From an uncultured Thermomicrobiales bacterium (GTDB lineage: Bacteria > Chloroflexota > Chloroflexia > Thermomicrobiales > CFX8), in the NCBI GenBank assembly GCA_964462545.1, contig CAYWXR010000007.1:1581-65580 (forward strand): a DNA stretch of 64,000 nucleotides, given 5' to 3'. Below the pieces are notes generated by a model that had not been told where the DNA came from, searched no databases, and was given only the letters and a program-made list of their open reading frames with translations. The position numbers were made by a program, and so were the translations under genes. Each line of letters begins with the position of its first letter. The first letter of the stretch is position 1. This document shows, piece by piece, positions 36,016-43,996 of this stretch.

Positions 36016-36837
36016 TCAGCCGGTTAGTCTCGACGCCGGCTCGTCGTGTTCTACATCCGAATTGACGGTCGGCAAGCCGACCCGTGCAGCGATTTCATCG
36101 CCGAGGGCCCGATATGCCGCTGCCCCGGCGGACCGGGGATCATACTCCAGAATCGTCTGTCCGTGCGATGGCGCTTCGGCCAATCGCACCGAACGCGGCA
36201 CCAGGGTCTGGAACATCCGGTTCGGGAAGAACCTCCGGACGTTTTCGACAACCTGGTTGGACAGCCGGGTCCGGGCGTCATACATCGTCATCACTACACC
36301 CAGTACATCGAGCGCCGGATTCAACCGGCGCTTCACCAGGTCCATCGTGTTGATGAGTTGCATCAACCCTTCCAGTGCCAGATATTCGCACTGGATCGGG
36401 ACCACAATATGGCGCGACGTTGCAAAGGCGTTCACCGTCAGCAATCCGAGCGACGGCGGGCAATCGATGATGACGAGATCGTACCGATCCCGCACCTCGC
36501 CCAGCGATTCTCCAAGCCGCTGTTCGCGGTTGGGCATCTGCACCAGTTCAACCTCTGCGCCGGCAAGCGAACTGTTCGCGCCGAGGACATCCAGGTTCGG
36601 ACGGACCTCCGGCAGGATTGCCTCGTCAGCATCCACACCCTGAATCAGGACGTCGTAGCTGGACGCGGCAAGCGCTCGCTTGTCGAGACCGAGTGAACTG
36701 GTTGCATTTCCCTGGGGATCAAGGTCGATCAGGAGGATACGATGGCCGATAGAGGCAAGATAGGAGGACACGTTTACAGCTGTCGTGGTTTTCCCGACTC
36801 CACCCTTCTGGTTTGCTAAGGCCAGAGTGTCTGTCAA
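36016..36837 (-). CDS. parA: ParA/Soj family ATPase (no adjacent parB)
   Basis: Deviant Walker A NQKGGVGKTT, ..LLIDLDPQGN.., ..VIIDCPPSLG.. The ORF is open to GTG 36882. A TACAAT -10 box inside that extension, plus GGGAG 8 nt upstream of TTG 36837, favours the shorter form. Confidence 0.85.
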   Translation of the reverse strand: MTDTLALANQKGGVGKTTTAVNVSSYLASIGHRILLIDLDPQGNATSSLGLDKRALAASSYDVLIQGVDADEAILPEVRPNLDVLGANSSLAGAEVELVQMPNREQRLGESLGEVRDRYDLVIIDCPPSLGLLTVNAFATSRHIVVPIQCEYLALEGLMQLINTMDLVKRRLNPALDVLGVVMTMYDARTRLSNQVVENVRRFFPNRMFQTLVPRSVRLAEAPSHGQTILEYDPRSAGAAAYRALGDEIAARVGLPTVNSDVEHDEPASRLTG

Positions 36838-36916
36838 GCCCCACTCCCACTCATCGAGCCAATACGAGATTGTAACAACCACCGTACTGCCCGGACAACC
36901 GGACAGAACCTACCTG

Positions 36917-36945
36917 TTGACAGAATCGGGAAGAGCGGATATCAT
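36917..36945 (+). promoter_or_regulatory. sigma-70-type promoter of the DAHP synthase-2 leader
   Basis: TTGACA (36917-36922), 17 nt, TATCAT (36940-36945). 24 of 29 positions are identical to the trp leader promoter at 20808-20836. Confidence 0.7.
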
Positions 36946-36952
36946 GCGTCGC

Positions 36953-37066
36953 ATGAAAGAAACGGTGCGGACAGACAACCGACTCGAAGCCATGACCAAG
37001 TTTGGTTATTGGTTTTATTTTACCCCTCCGGCGACGCTGGTGGGGGATTCGGTGTTGAGTCCGTAA
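36953..37066 (+). CDS. aromatic-amino-acid leader peptide (37 aa, MKETVRTDNRLEAMTKFGYWFYFTPPATLVGDSVLSP)
   Basis: ATG 36953 lies 7 nt after the -10 box (leaderless geometry). The alternative internal ATG is at 36992. Codons 17-23 (37001-37021) read Phe-Gly-Tyr-Trp-Phe-Tyr-Phe. The stop is at 37064-37066, 29 nt before the terminator stem. Confidence 0.65.
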   Translation: MKETVRTDNRLEAMTKFGYWFYFTPPATLVGDSVLSP

Positions 37067-37094
37067 CCCCCAGAAAAACCAGTGAAGGCGCCGG

Positions 37095-37125
37095 AGCAGA
37101 GGTAGAAACCTCTGCTTTTTTGTTT
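37095..37125 (+). terminator. attenuator terminator upstream of DAHP synthase-2
   Basis: AGCAGAGGT-agaa-ACCTCTGCT followed by TTTTTGTTT, 54 nt upstream of ATG 37179. Confidence 0.8.
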
Positions 37126-37178
37126 GGTTCGATATCCACCGGAGGAACCGGGGAGCTACCTGAGGGGAACAGGCCACG

Positions 37179-38216
37179 ATGATCGTCACAATGCGCGAAG
37201 GCAGTCAGGACTCGGAACGTCAGCAGGTGATTGAGCACCTGCGACTGCGCGGCTACCAGACTCACCTGCTGACCGGCTCCGGCCCGGCAGTGATCGGCGT
37301 CAACGGCCGGGCAATCGTCGATGGCCTGACTGCCGAAGTAGCAGCTCTCCCCGGTGTGGAAGTAGTGAACCGGTCCAGCAAGCCCTACATGCTGGCCCAG
37401 CGGACGGCTCGCCCGGAAGGCAGCATTGTCAGGGTTGGAAACGTCGAAATCGGCGGTAGTGAACCGGTCATTATGGCCGGCACCTGTGTTATCGAAAGCC
37501 GCGAAATCACGCTGCAGGCTGCTGATATCGTCAAGGCCGCCGGCGGAACGATCCTCCGCGGTGGTGCCTTCAAGCCGCGTACTTCCCCGTACTCGTTCCA
37601 GGGCCTGGGCGAGGAAGGCCTCCGGATTCTGGCGGAAGCCCGTGATTACTCCGGCCTGCCGGTCGTCACCGAGGTGATGGAACCGGAACAGGTAGAGATG
37701 GTTGCCCATTACGCCGACATGCTCCAGATCGGCTCCCGTAACATGTCGAACTTCCCTCTGTTGCGGCGTGCCGCCGCTGCCGGCAAGCCGATCCTGCTCA
37801 AGCGTGGGTTCTCGGCAACGATCGAGGAGTGGTTGATGTCCGCAGAATACATCCTGGCCGGCGGCAACGATCAGGTTGTACTGTGCGAGCGTGGTATCCG
37901 CGGATTCGACACGGTAACCCGGTTCACCTTCGATCTCAACGCGGTGCCAGTGGTGAAGGAACTGACCCATCTGCCGATCATTGTTGACCCGAGCCATGCA
38001 ACCGGTCGTCGTGAACTGGTGGCACCGATGGCGCTGGCCGGCATTGCAGCCGGGGCACATGGCCTCATTATTGAAATGCACCCGGACCCGGATGGCGCGC
38101 TCTGCGATGCTGCCCAGACGATTTCCCCATCGACCCTGCATGAGATCACTGCGTCAACGCGGGCGATCAGCCAGGCGCTGGGTAACGTCAAGCCACAACT
38201 GGTTGCGGTGGCATAA
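37179..38216 (+). CDS. aroF: 3-deoxy-7-phosphoheptulonate (DAHP) synthase, type I-beta with N-terminal ferredoxin-like domain, paralog 2
   Basis: 345 aa. MIVTMREGSQDSERQQVIEHL.. N-domain, ..[19 protein letters not shown].., ..VDPSH.. Roughly half its residues are identical to 28546-29592. Confidence 0.93.
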   Translation: MIVTMREGSQDSERQQVIEHLRLRGYQTHLLTGSGPAVIGVNGRAIVDGLTAEVAALPGVEVVNRSSKPYMLAQRTARPEGSIVRVGNVEIGGSEPVIMAGTCVIESREITLQAADIVKAAGGTILRGGAFKPRTSPYSFQGLGEEGLRILAEARDYSGLPVVTEVMEPEQVEMVAHYADMLQIGSRNMSNFPLLRRAAAAGKPILLKRGFSATIEEWLMSAEYILAGGNDQVVLCERGIRGFDTVTRFTFDLNAVPVVKELTHLPIIVDPSHATGRRELVAPMALAGIAAGAHGLIIEMHPDPDGALCDAAQTISPSTLHEITASTRAISQALGNVKPQLVAVA

Positions 38217-38347
38217 CACAGCCGGTTGGCTGTGTCTGAACTGAATCCGAGACACCCCTCTCTTCCATGCAGACGCAAGGAGGGATCCAGTTTCTATCGA
38301 GGAACACGGGTCCCTCCTTGCTTCTGTCTACGAGAAGTTCTCCGGAA

Positions 38348-38962
38348 TCAGGTTCCCGTTCGGGCAACCGGTTCGTAAACCATAAAGCCATCGGCAAGAT
38401 CGAAGAACCGGGCTCCGCGAGGCGTGCGGACAATGCGGTAGATCATCCAGATATCGCCGATGGCACCGGTGGCATTGAAAATGGCAGTAAACGCCAACCA
38501 GCCAGCCATCGAGGGAATCAGCAATGCGCCGGCAACGCAGATGATCGAGATCACCACAAGTGGACTGGCACCGATCAAGACAAAGGCTGCCTTGTTGACG
38601 GGCTGGAAAAAGGTGGTGTAGGCGAATCCGGGCCCGATTCCAAAGGCAGGTTTGGCACCTACCATCAATCCGGCAAGTCCATGTACCGCCTCGTGGATCA
38701 GTGTGACGACGATCACTACCAGCACCATGCCGATTAGCCCGCCGACAAGCCCGGTCAGGTCGAAGGTGAACTCGAACGAGTCACGACCACCGAGCAAACT
38801 GATCAGTGACAGGAAGATGAAAACCCACATCGGCAGCAGGACCAACGCGACCAGCGACAGTTTTCCCAGTTCCATGCGTTCCATCCGGAGTTTGCGATAG
38901 CCGGGAATCTCCGGCGCCCGGGTTTCCGGTGGCGGCCCAAACCACGGTTTCATCTGCTGCAT
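38348..38962 (-). CDS. DUF3267-like membrane protein (putative zincin, HExxH)
   Basis: GGAGAGG 6 nt upstream of ATG 38962 (MQQMKPWFGPP..). Multiple TM helices and HEAVH. The ORF is open to 38992. Confidence 0.65.
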   Translation of the reverse strand: MQQMKPWFGPPPETRAPEIPGYRKLRMERMELGKLSLVALVLLPMWVFIFLSLISLLGGRDSFEFTFDLTGLVGGLIGMVLVVIVVTLIHEAVHGLAGLMVGAKPAFGIGPGFAYTTFFQPVNKAAFVLIGASPLVVISIICVAGALLIPSMAGWLAFTAIFNATGAIGDIWMIYRIVRTPRGARFFDLADGFMVYEPVARTGT

Positions 38963-39030
38963 GCTGATCCTCTCCACCTGCATTAGTTGCAAGGTTCATG
39001 ATCGTGTCATGACGTTGCTATACTGCCAGG

Positions 39031-40923
39031 ATGATCGAAAGCAGTATTGGACACCAACGAAGAACATTTGTTATTGGCACAGCCGGCCATGTTGACCACG
39101 GCAAGTCTACGCTGGTTCGCCGGTTGACCGGCATCGACCCCGACCGCCTGCAGGAAGAAAAGTCCCGCGAGATGACAATCGACCTCGGGTTCGCCTGGCT
39201 GGATCTGCCGGGAGATCTCAGGGTGAGCATCGTCGATGTGCCGGGTCATGAGCGGTTCATCAAGAACATGCTGGCGGGTGTTGGCGGTCTGGACGGTGCG
39301 ATGTTGATTGTCGCCGCCGACGAAGGGCCAATGCCGCAGACGCACGAGCATCTGGCCATCCTCGACCTGCTCGGCGTTACGACCGGATTGATTGTCATTA
39401 CCAAGTCGGACATGGTCGACGAGGAATGGCTCGACCTGGTGATCGAGGAGACTCGCGAGGCTGTCCAGGGATCGACGTTTGCTGACGCACCGGTTGTGGC
39501 TGTTTCGGCAGTTACCGGCGATGGTATCGACCGGTTGCTGGAGCAACTTGCCGCCTTGCTGGAAGCAACTGAACCAGACCACCGCACCGGCATTGCACGG
39601 CTGCCGGTCGACAGGGTGTTCAGCGTGACCGGATTTGGCACGGTGGTTACCGGAACACTTCTTGGCGCTCCGGTATCAATCGGGCAGGAACTGGAGGTCG
39701 TCCCGCCGATGTTACGCGGGCGGGTTCGAGGGCTGCAGAGCCACGGGCAAAAAGTGGAAACAGCTTTTCCGGGCTCACGGACTGCCATCAACCTGACCGG
39801 CATCGACCGGGAAGACATCCAGCGCGGCGATGTGTTGACGGTCCCCGGGAGGATCAAGCCAACCCGACTCATTGATGCCCGATTGCGGATTATTGCGAAT
39901 GCGCCCCAGCCAATCGAGCAGAACCATCCGGTGGATCTGTTCTCGGGCGCAGCGGAATCTCCAGCGCATGTCACGCTACTCGATAGCGAGCAGATTCCGC
40001 CAGGTGGCGAAGGCTGGGTGCAGATTCGCCTTGACCGAGAACTGGCACTGGTTGAAGGTGACCTTTTCATTATTCGCCAGGCATCGCCGTCGCTCACGAT
40101 TGGTGGTGGCACCATCCTGAACACCAGACCCCGGCGCCATCGCAGGTTCCGCCCGGATGTGATCCGTGAACTGGAAACTCGTGAGAGTGGCACACCGGGA
40201 GATCGTCTGCTCCAGGCATTGGCCGATGGGCCGGCCCAGGTTGCTGCTGCATGTGAGGCAGCCGGACTGACCGGAGACGAATCCGGGTCCGTCATTACAG
40301 ACCTGGTTGAGCAAGGTCAGGTTGTCCGGCTCGGCGCTTCGTTCATCGCCCGGTCCACCGACGTCTCCCGCTTTGGACAGGTCATCACCGAGAGCCTGGA
40401 CCGGTATCACCAGGAATTCCCGTTGCGGGGTGGGATGCCCCGGGAAGACGTGCGCCGGCGAACCGGTCTCGCTGCAAGGGTATTTGACGCAGTGGTCGAC
40501 TACTTCGTGGGCCAGCAAACTATCCGCGAGGCAGCAGGCGTACTGGCGAGAGCAACATTTGAGGTGCAGCTCACACCCAAACAACAGCAACTGGCCGACC
40601 GGTATGTCGCGGCGCTGGATGCCAACCCGGTAGCACCGCCGTCACCATCGACATTCGATATTGATGCCGAACTGCTGGGTGCGCTGGCCGCCAGCGGACG
40701 GGTTGTCCGGATGGCGGATAATGTGGTGTACAGCACCGGCACGCTGGACACGATCCGTGCCGAGACGCTCCGGTTAATTGATGAACGTGGCCAGATTACG
40801 TTGGCCGAGTTCCGGGACCACTTCGGGAGCAGCCGGCGGTATGCCCAGGCAGTGCTGGAACATTTCGATCAGGAACGCGTTACGAGAAGGGTAGGCGATG
40901 CACGGGTCCGGGGAAGTGGCTGA
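39031..40923 (+). CDS. selB: selenocysteine-specific translation elongation factor
   Basis: 630 aa. [21 protein letters not shown], ..TKSD.. GTPase motifs, an EF-Tu-like core and a long winged-helix C-terminal extension. TATACT ends 6 nt before the ATG and there is no SD. Confidence 0.92.
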   Translation: MIESSIGHQRRTFVIGTAGHVDHGKSTLVRRLTGIDPDRLQEEKSREMTIDLGFAWLDLPGDLRVSIVDVPGHERFIKNMLAGVGGLDGAMLIVAADEGPMPQTHEHLAILDLLGVTTGLIVITKSDMVDEEWLDLVIEETREAVQGSTFADAPVVAVSAVTGDGIDRLLEQLAALLEATEPDHRTGIARLPVDRVFSVTGFGTVVTGTLLGAPVSIGQELEVVPPMLRGRVRGLQSHGQKVETAFPGSRTAINLTGIDREDIQRGDVLTVPGRIKPTRLIDARLRIIANAPQPIEQNHPVDLFSGAAESPAHVTLLDSEQIPPGGEGWVQIRLDRELALVEGDLFIIRQASPSLTIGGGTILNTRPRRHRRFRPDVIRELETRESGTPGDRLLQALADGPAQVAAACEAAGLTGDESGSVITDLVEQGQVVRLGASFIARSTDVSRFGQVITESLDRYHQEFPLRGGMPREDVRRRTGLAARVFDAVVDYFVGQQTIREAAGVLARATFEVQLTPKQQQLADRYVAALDANPVAPPSPSTFDIDAELLGALAASGRVVRMADNVVYSTGTLDTIRAETLRLIDERGQITLAEFRDHFGSSRRYAQAVLEHFDQERVTRRVGDARVRGSG

Positions 40924-41704
40924 TCATGGCTGGGTATTTGTCTCGCCACATCTGGATGATGTCATCCTCTCCTGCGGGGGCACGGTTGCCCGTGCCGCGC
41001 GGGTGGGCCGGCCAACTATCGTGACGGTATTCGCAGGTATCCCGGAAGGCGAGATGAACGAGTTCGCCCGGTACCAGCACGATCGGTGGCGGCTCGACCA
41101 CGAAAATGCGGTGGCCAGCCGGCGCGAAGAAGACCACCGGGCTGCAAAATGCATCGGTGAGAGCGTCGAGGTGAAGTGGCTCGATTATCTGGACGCAATC
41201 TATCGCGATCCGGGCTACGCATCCGACGACGCCATTTTTGGCCAGATCCTGCCGGGTGACCTGCTGCTGGCCGAACAGATTTACAACGATCTCTCAAGTA
41301 TGGGCAGCCAGCGCTTTGTTATTCCGATGGGGTCGGGAAATCACGTCGACCACCAGATCGTCCGGGAAGCCGGGCTGATGTTGCTGGCTGATGGGAACGA
41401 GGTGTGGGGCTACGTCGAGATTCCCTACGCTCTGGATTCCGACCGGCGGCATGCTGCTATCCAGAACACGGATTTCGACGAAGTTGCCCGCATACCGCTC
41501 GATGACGATGCGATGCGCCGTAAACTCAAGGCAGTGTCGCAGTATGCCTCACAGTTGCCGGTGCTTTTCCGTGACCGCGGACATCCGGATGTGGAACTGA
41601 CGGGGTTTGCGCGGGAACTTGGCAATGGCCGGGCAATTGAAATGCTCTGGCGTCTGCGGCGCGACTCGGTTGCTGAACTCGACCTGAAAAGCTTCGACGC
41701 CTGA
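40898..41704 (+). CDS. PIG-L/LmbE family deacetylase
   Basis: 268 aa. ..[16 protein letters not shown].. (PHxDD motif) and a later ..HVDH.. motif. Overlaps the selB 3' end by 26 nt. AAGGGTAGG lies upstream of the ATG. Confidence 0.8.
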   Translation: MHGSGEVADHGWVFVSPHLDDVILSCGGTVARAARVGRPTIVTVFAGIPEGEMNEFARYQHDRWRLDHENAVASRREEDHRAAKCIGESVEVKWLDYLDAIYRDPGYASDDAIFGQILPGDLLLAEQIYNDLSSMGSQRFVIPMGSGNHVDHQIVREAGLMLLADGNEVWGYVEIPYALDSDRRHAAIQNTDFDEVARIPLDDDAMRRKLKAVSQYASQLPVLFRDRGHPDVELTGFARELGNGRAIEMLWRLRRDSVAELDLKSFDA

Positions 41705-41729
41705 GCGCCGCGCTCCAGAAGGACCAACA

Positions 41730-41969
41730 ATGCGTCAACTACTACTCTGGATGATTCGTGGGTATCAGAAGGCGATCTCGCCGTTGTTCCCGGCATCCTG
41801 CCGGTTTGTTCCCACCTGCTCGCAATATGGTTACGAAGCGATCCAGCACTACGGCGCAATCCGGGGCGGCTACATGGCGGTCCGTCGCATCCTTCGCTGT
41901 CACCCGTTCCATCCCGGCGGGTACGACCCGGTACCGCTCCCGGAGCAGGAGTCCGGCAGCGGTTCCTGA
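41730..41969 (+). CDS. yidD: membrane protein insertion efficiency factor YidD
   Basis: 79 aa. ..[58 protein letters not shown] is the canonical YidD sequence. Confidence 0.93.
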   Translation: MRQLLLWMIRGYQKAISPLFPASCRFVPTCSQYGYEAIQHYGAIRGGYMAVRRILRCHPFHPGGYDPVPLPEQESGSGS

Positions 41970-41984
41970 AATCGAAACGTCTAC

Positions 41985-42854
41985 CTAGGCGGTTGTTGCC
42001 GCTGCTCTGGTGCTGTTGATGCGATCGCGAAGGTCTATCGCCACGGCCCGCGCCGCGTCCTGGAAATCTTCCCCCTGCGATGCATAGGAGATGGCGCGGC
42101 TGGCGTTGATAAACAGGCCGGCACCGCGGCTGTCGATTCCCGCTGCGACCGAGGCTTCCAGTTCACCCTCCTGCGCCCCGACACCGGGGACAAGGATCGG
42201 CAGGTCAGGAGCAACCTCGCGGATTGAGCGCATTTCGCCGGGCCAGGTGGCACCGACGACCAGACCGATGTTGCCATCGACGTTCCACTCGACAGCGGTC
42301 CGGGCAACCATATGGGAGATGCGTTCGCCGGTCCCGGTGATTTCCTGATCCTGCAGGAAACCGGAACCCGGGTTCGAGGTCTTGGACAGGAGATAGATAC
42401 CCTTCTCGCGGTAGGCGAGGAGCGGCTCGATCGAGTCCTTGCCCATGAACGGGTTGACCGTTACACCATCGAAATTCCAGGCGTCGAAATAGGCCTGGGC
42501 ATAGGCGGCGGTGGTGGTGTTGATGTCGCCAACCTTGGCGTCCAGCAGTACCGGAATGTGGGACGGCACGCTCTTGCGCAGGTCGATCAGGGCATCGATA
42601 CCGTGATACCCGTGATGAAGATAGAAGCCGAGGTTCGGCTTGTAGCAGCAGGCGAGATCACTGGTAGCTTCAATAATTGCGCGGTTAAAGGCGATAATGC
42701 TGGAGGAGTCCGGCTTGCTGCCGTTAATCGAAGGAAATCGGGAAAGATCCGGATCAAGCCCGACACAGAGGAGCGAGTTGTTGCGCTGTTGCGCTTCGAT
42801 CAGCATCTGGGTGAACGCGGTGCAGGTCGTTTCGATCATCTCAGTCGCTTTCAT
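41985..42854 (-). CDS. pyrF: orotidine 5'-phosphate decarboxylase (type 2)
   Basis: ..NSLLCVGLDPDLSRFP.., ..LDAKVGDI.. Start uncertain: TTG 42875, ATG 42854 or ATG 42839. Confidence 0.88.
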   Translation of the reverse strand: MKATEMIETTCTAFTQMLIEAQQRNNSLLCVGLDPDLSRFPSINGSKPDSSSIIAFNRAIIEATSDLACCYKPNLGFYLHHGYHGIDALIDLRKSVPSHIPVLLDAKVGDINTTTAAYAQAYFDAWNFDGVTVNPFMGKDSIEPLLAYREKGIYLLSKTSNPGSGFLQDQEITGTGERISHMVARTAVEWNVDGNIGLVVGATWPGEMRSIREVAPDLPILVPGVGAQEGELEASVAAGIDSRGAGLFINASRAISYASQGEDFQDAARAVAIDLRDRINSTRAAATTA

Positions 42855-42970
42855 TTCCCCGTCGAGCCGACACAATCGTCTTGCATGGTATCGGTTTTGG
42901 GGTAGATTGACAAGGCAGTTGGTGTAGACTCACAGGCTGCCGATTCGTACGAAACAGATGGAAGATCATC

Positions 42971-43951
42971 ATGTCTGAACTGGTTCCCCCGACATTGGTG
43001 GATGTGCTGGCTGCCCGGAAAGTTGTCCGCCAGTATCTCGATCCAACCCCGGTCCTTCGCCCGGACGGGATGGCCGAATTGCTGGGATTTGAACCGGTTC
43101 TCAAATGCGAAAACCTCCTGCCCACCGGTGCCTTCAAGGTACGCGGCGGCATCAACTTCATGCACAACCTCGATCCTGAGTCCCGGGCACGTGGCGTGGT
43201 GACAGCTTCAACCGGCAATCACGCCCAGTCGATTGCCTATGCTGCACGTGCATTCGGCGTGAAGGCCATCATCTACATGCCGGAGATCAATAACCCGGCC
43301 AAGGTGGCAGCCACCCGGCGACTTGGCGCGACCGTTGTCGAGCAGGGCGCTGATTTTGATGAGGCCCGTCTTCGCGCCGATGAGCATGCGCGTTCCGAAG
43401 GAATGCGGTACATTCACTCATCCGATGAACCGTGGCTGGTTGCCGGGGTGGGAACCTACGCCCTTGAACTGATCGAGGCCGAGCCGAACCTGGACGTGGT
43501 GATCGTCCCGGTTGGCGCGGGTTCCGGCATCTGCGGAACAGGTATTGTGGTCAAGACGATCAGTCCGCACACACGGGTTATTGGAGTGCAATCCGAGAAC
43601 ATGCCGGCAGCATACCGGTCGTTCAAGGAGCAGAAGCTGATCGCGCTTGAAGGTGGCTCGACCTGGGCCGAAGGGCTGGCAACGCGGGTTGCCTTTGCAT
43701 TTCCACAGGAAATCATGCGCCGTACCGTCGACGATATGGTGCTGGTGAATGAAGAGGAGATGCGCCAGGCAATGCTGTTGCTGATGGATCAGGCGCATTT
43801 GCTGGCAGAGGGCGCAGGATCGGCAGCAACCGCAGCCGCAATCAAGCTGAAGGATGAGCTTGCCGGCAAGCGGGTTGGTATCGTTGTCAGCGGGGGGAAT
43901 GTTACGCTGGAAACCGTGCGCCGGGCGTTGACCGACACAGGTTCCTGGTAA
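42971..43951 (+). CDS. PLP-dependent threonine/serine dehydratase family enzyme
   Basis: 326 aa. ..KCENLLPTGAFKVRGG.. (Lys-PLP motif), ..ASTGNHAQSIAYAA.., ..GAGSG.. No C-terminal ACT-like regulatory domain. Confidence 0.85.
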   Translation: MSELVPPTLVDVLAARKVVRQYLDPTPVLRPDGMAELLGFEPVLKCENLLPTGAFKVRGGINFMHNLDPESRARGVVTASTGNHAQSIAYAARAFGVKAIIYMPEINNPAKVAATRRLGATVVEQGADFDEARLRADEHARSEGMRYIHSSDEPWLVAGVGTYALELIEAEPNLDVVIVPVGAGSGICGTGIVVKTISPHTRVIGVQSENMPAAYRSFKEQKLIALEGGSTWAEGLATRVAFAFPQEIMRRTVDDMVLVNEEEMRQAMLLLMDQAHLLAEGAGSAATAAAIKLKDELAGKRVGIVVSGGNVTLETVRRALTDTGSW

Positions 43952-43996
43952 CCGACAACAGGCGGGTGTTGACAGGGTAAGGGAGACGCACAGCAC

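Noticed and set aside
38217-39030. Looked for tRNA-Sec (selC) or other tRNA genes next to selB and in the other larger intergenic gaps
   Set aside because: I could not discern any cloverleaf-compatible sequence with a GTTC-type T-loop by eye. A tRNAscan/ARAGORN run is still needed to be sure.
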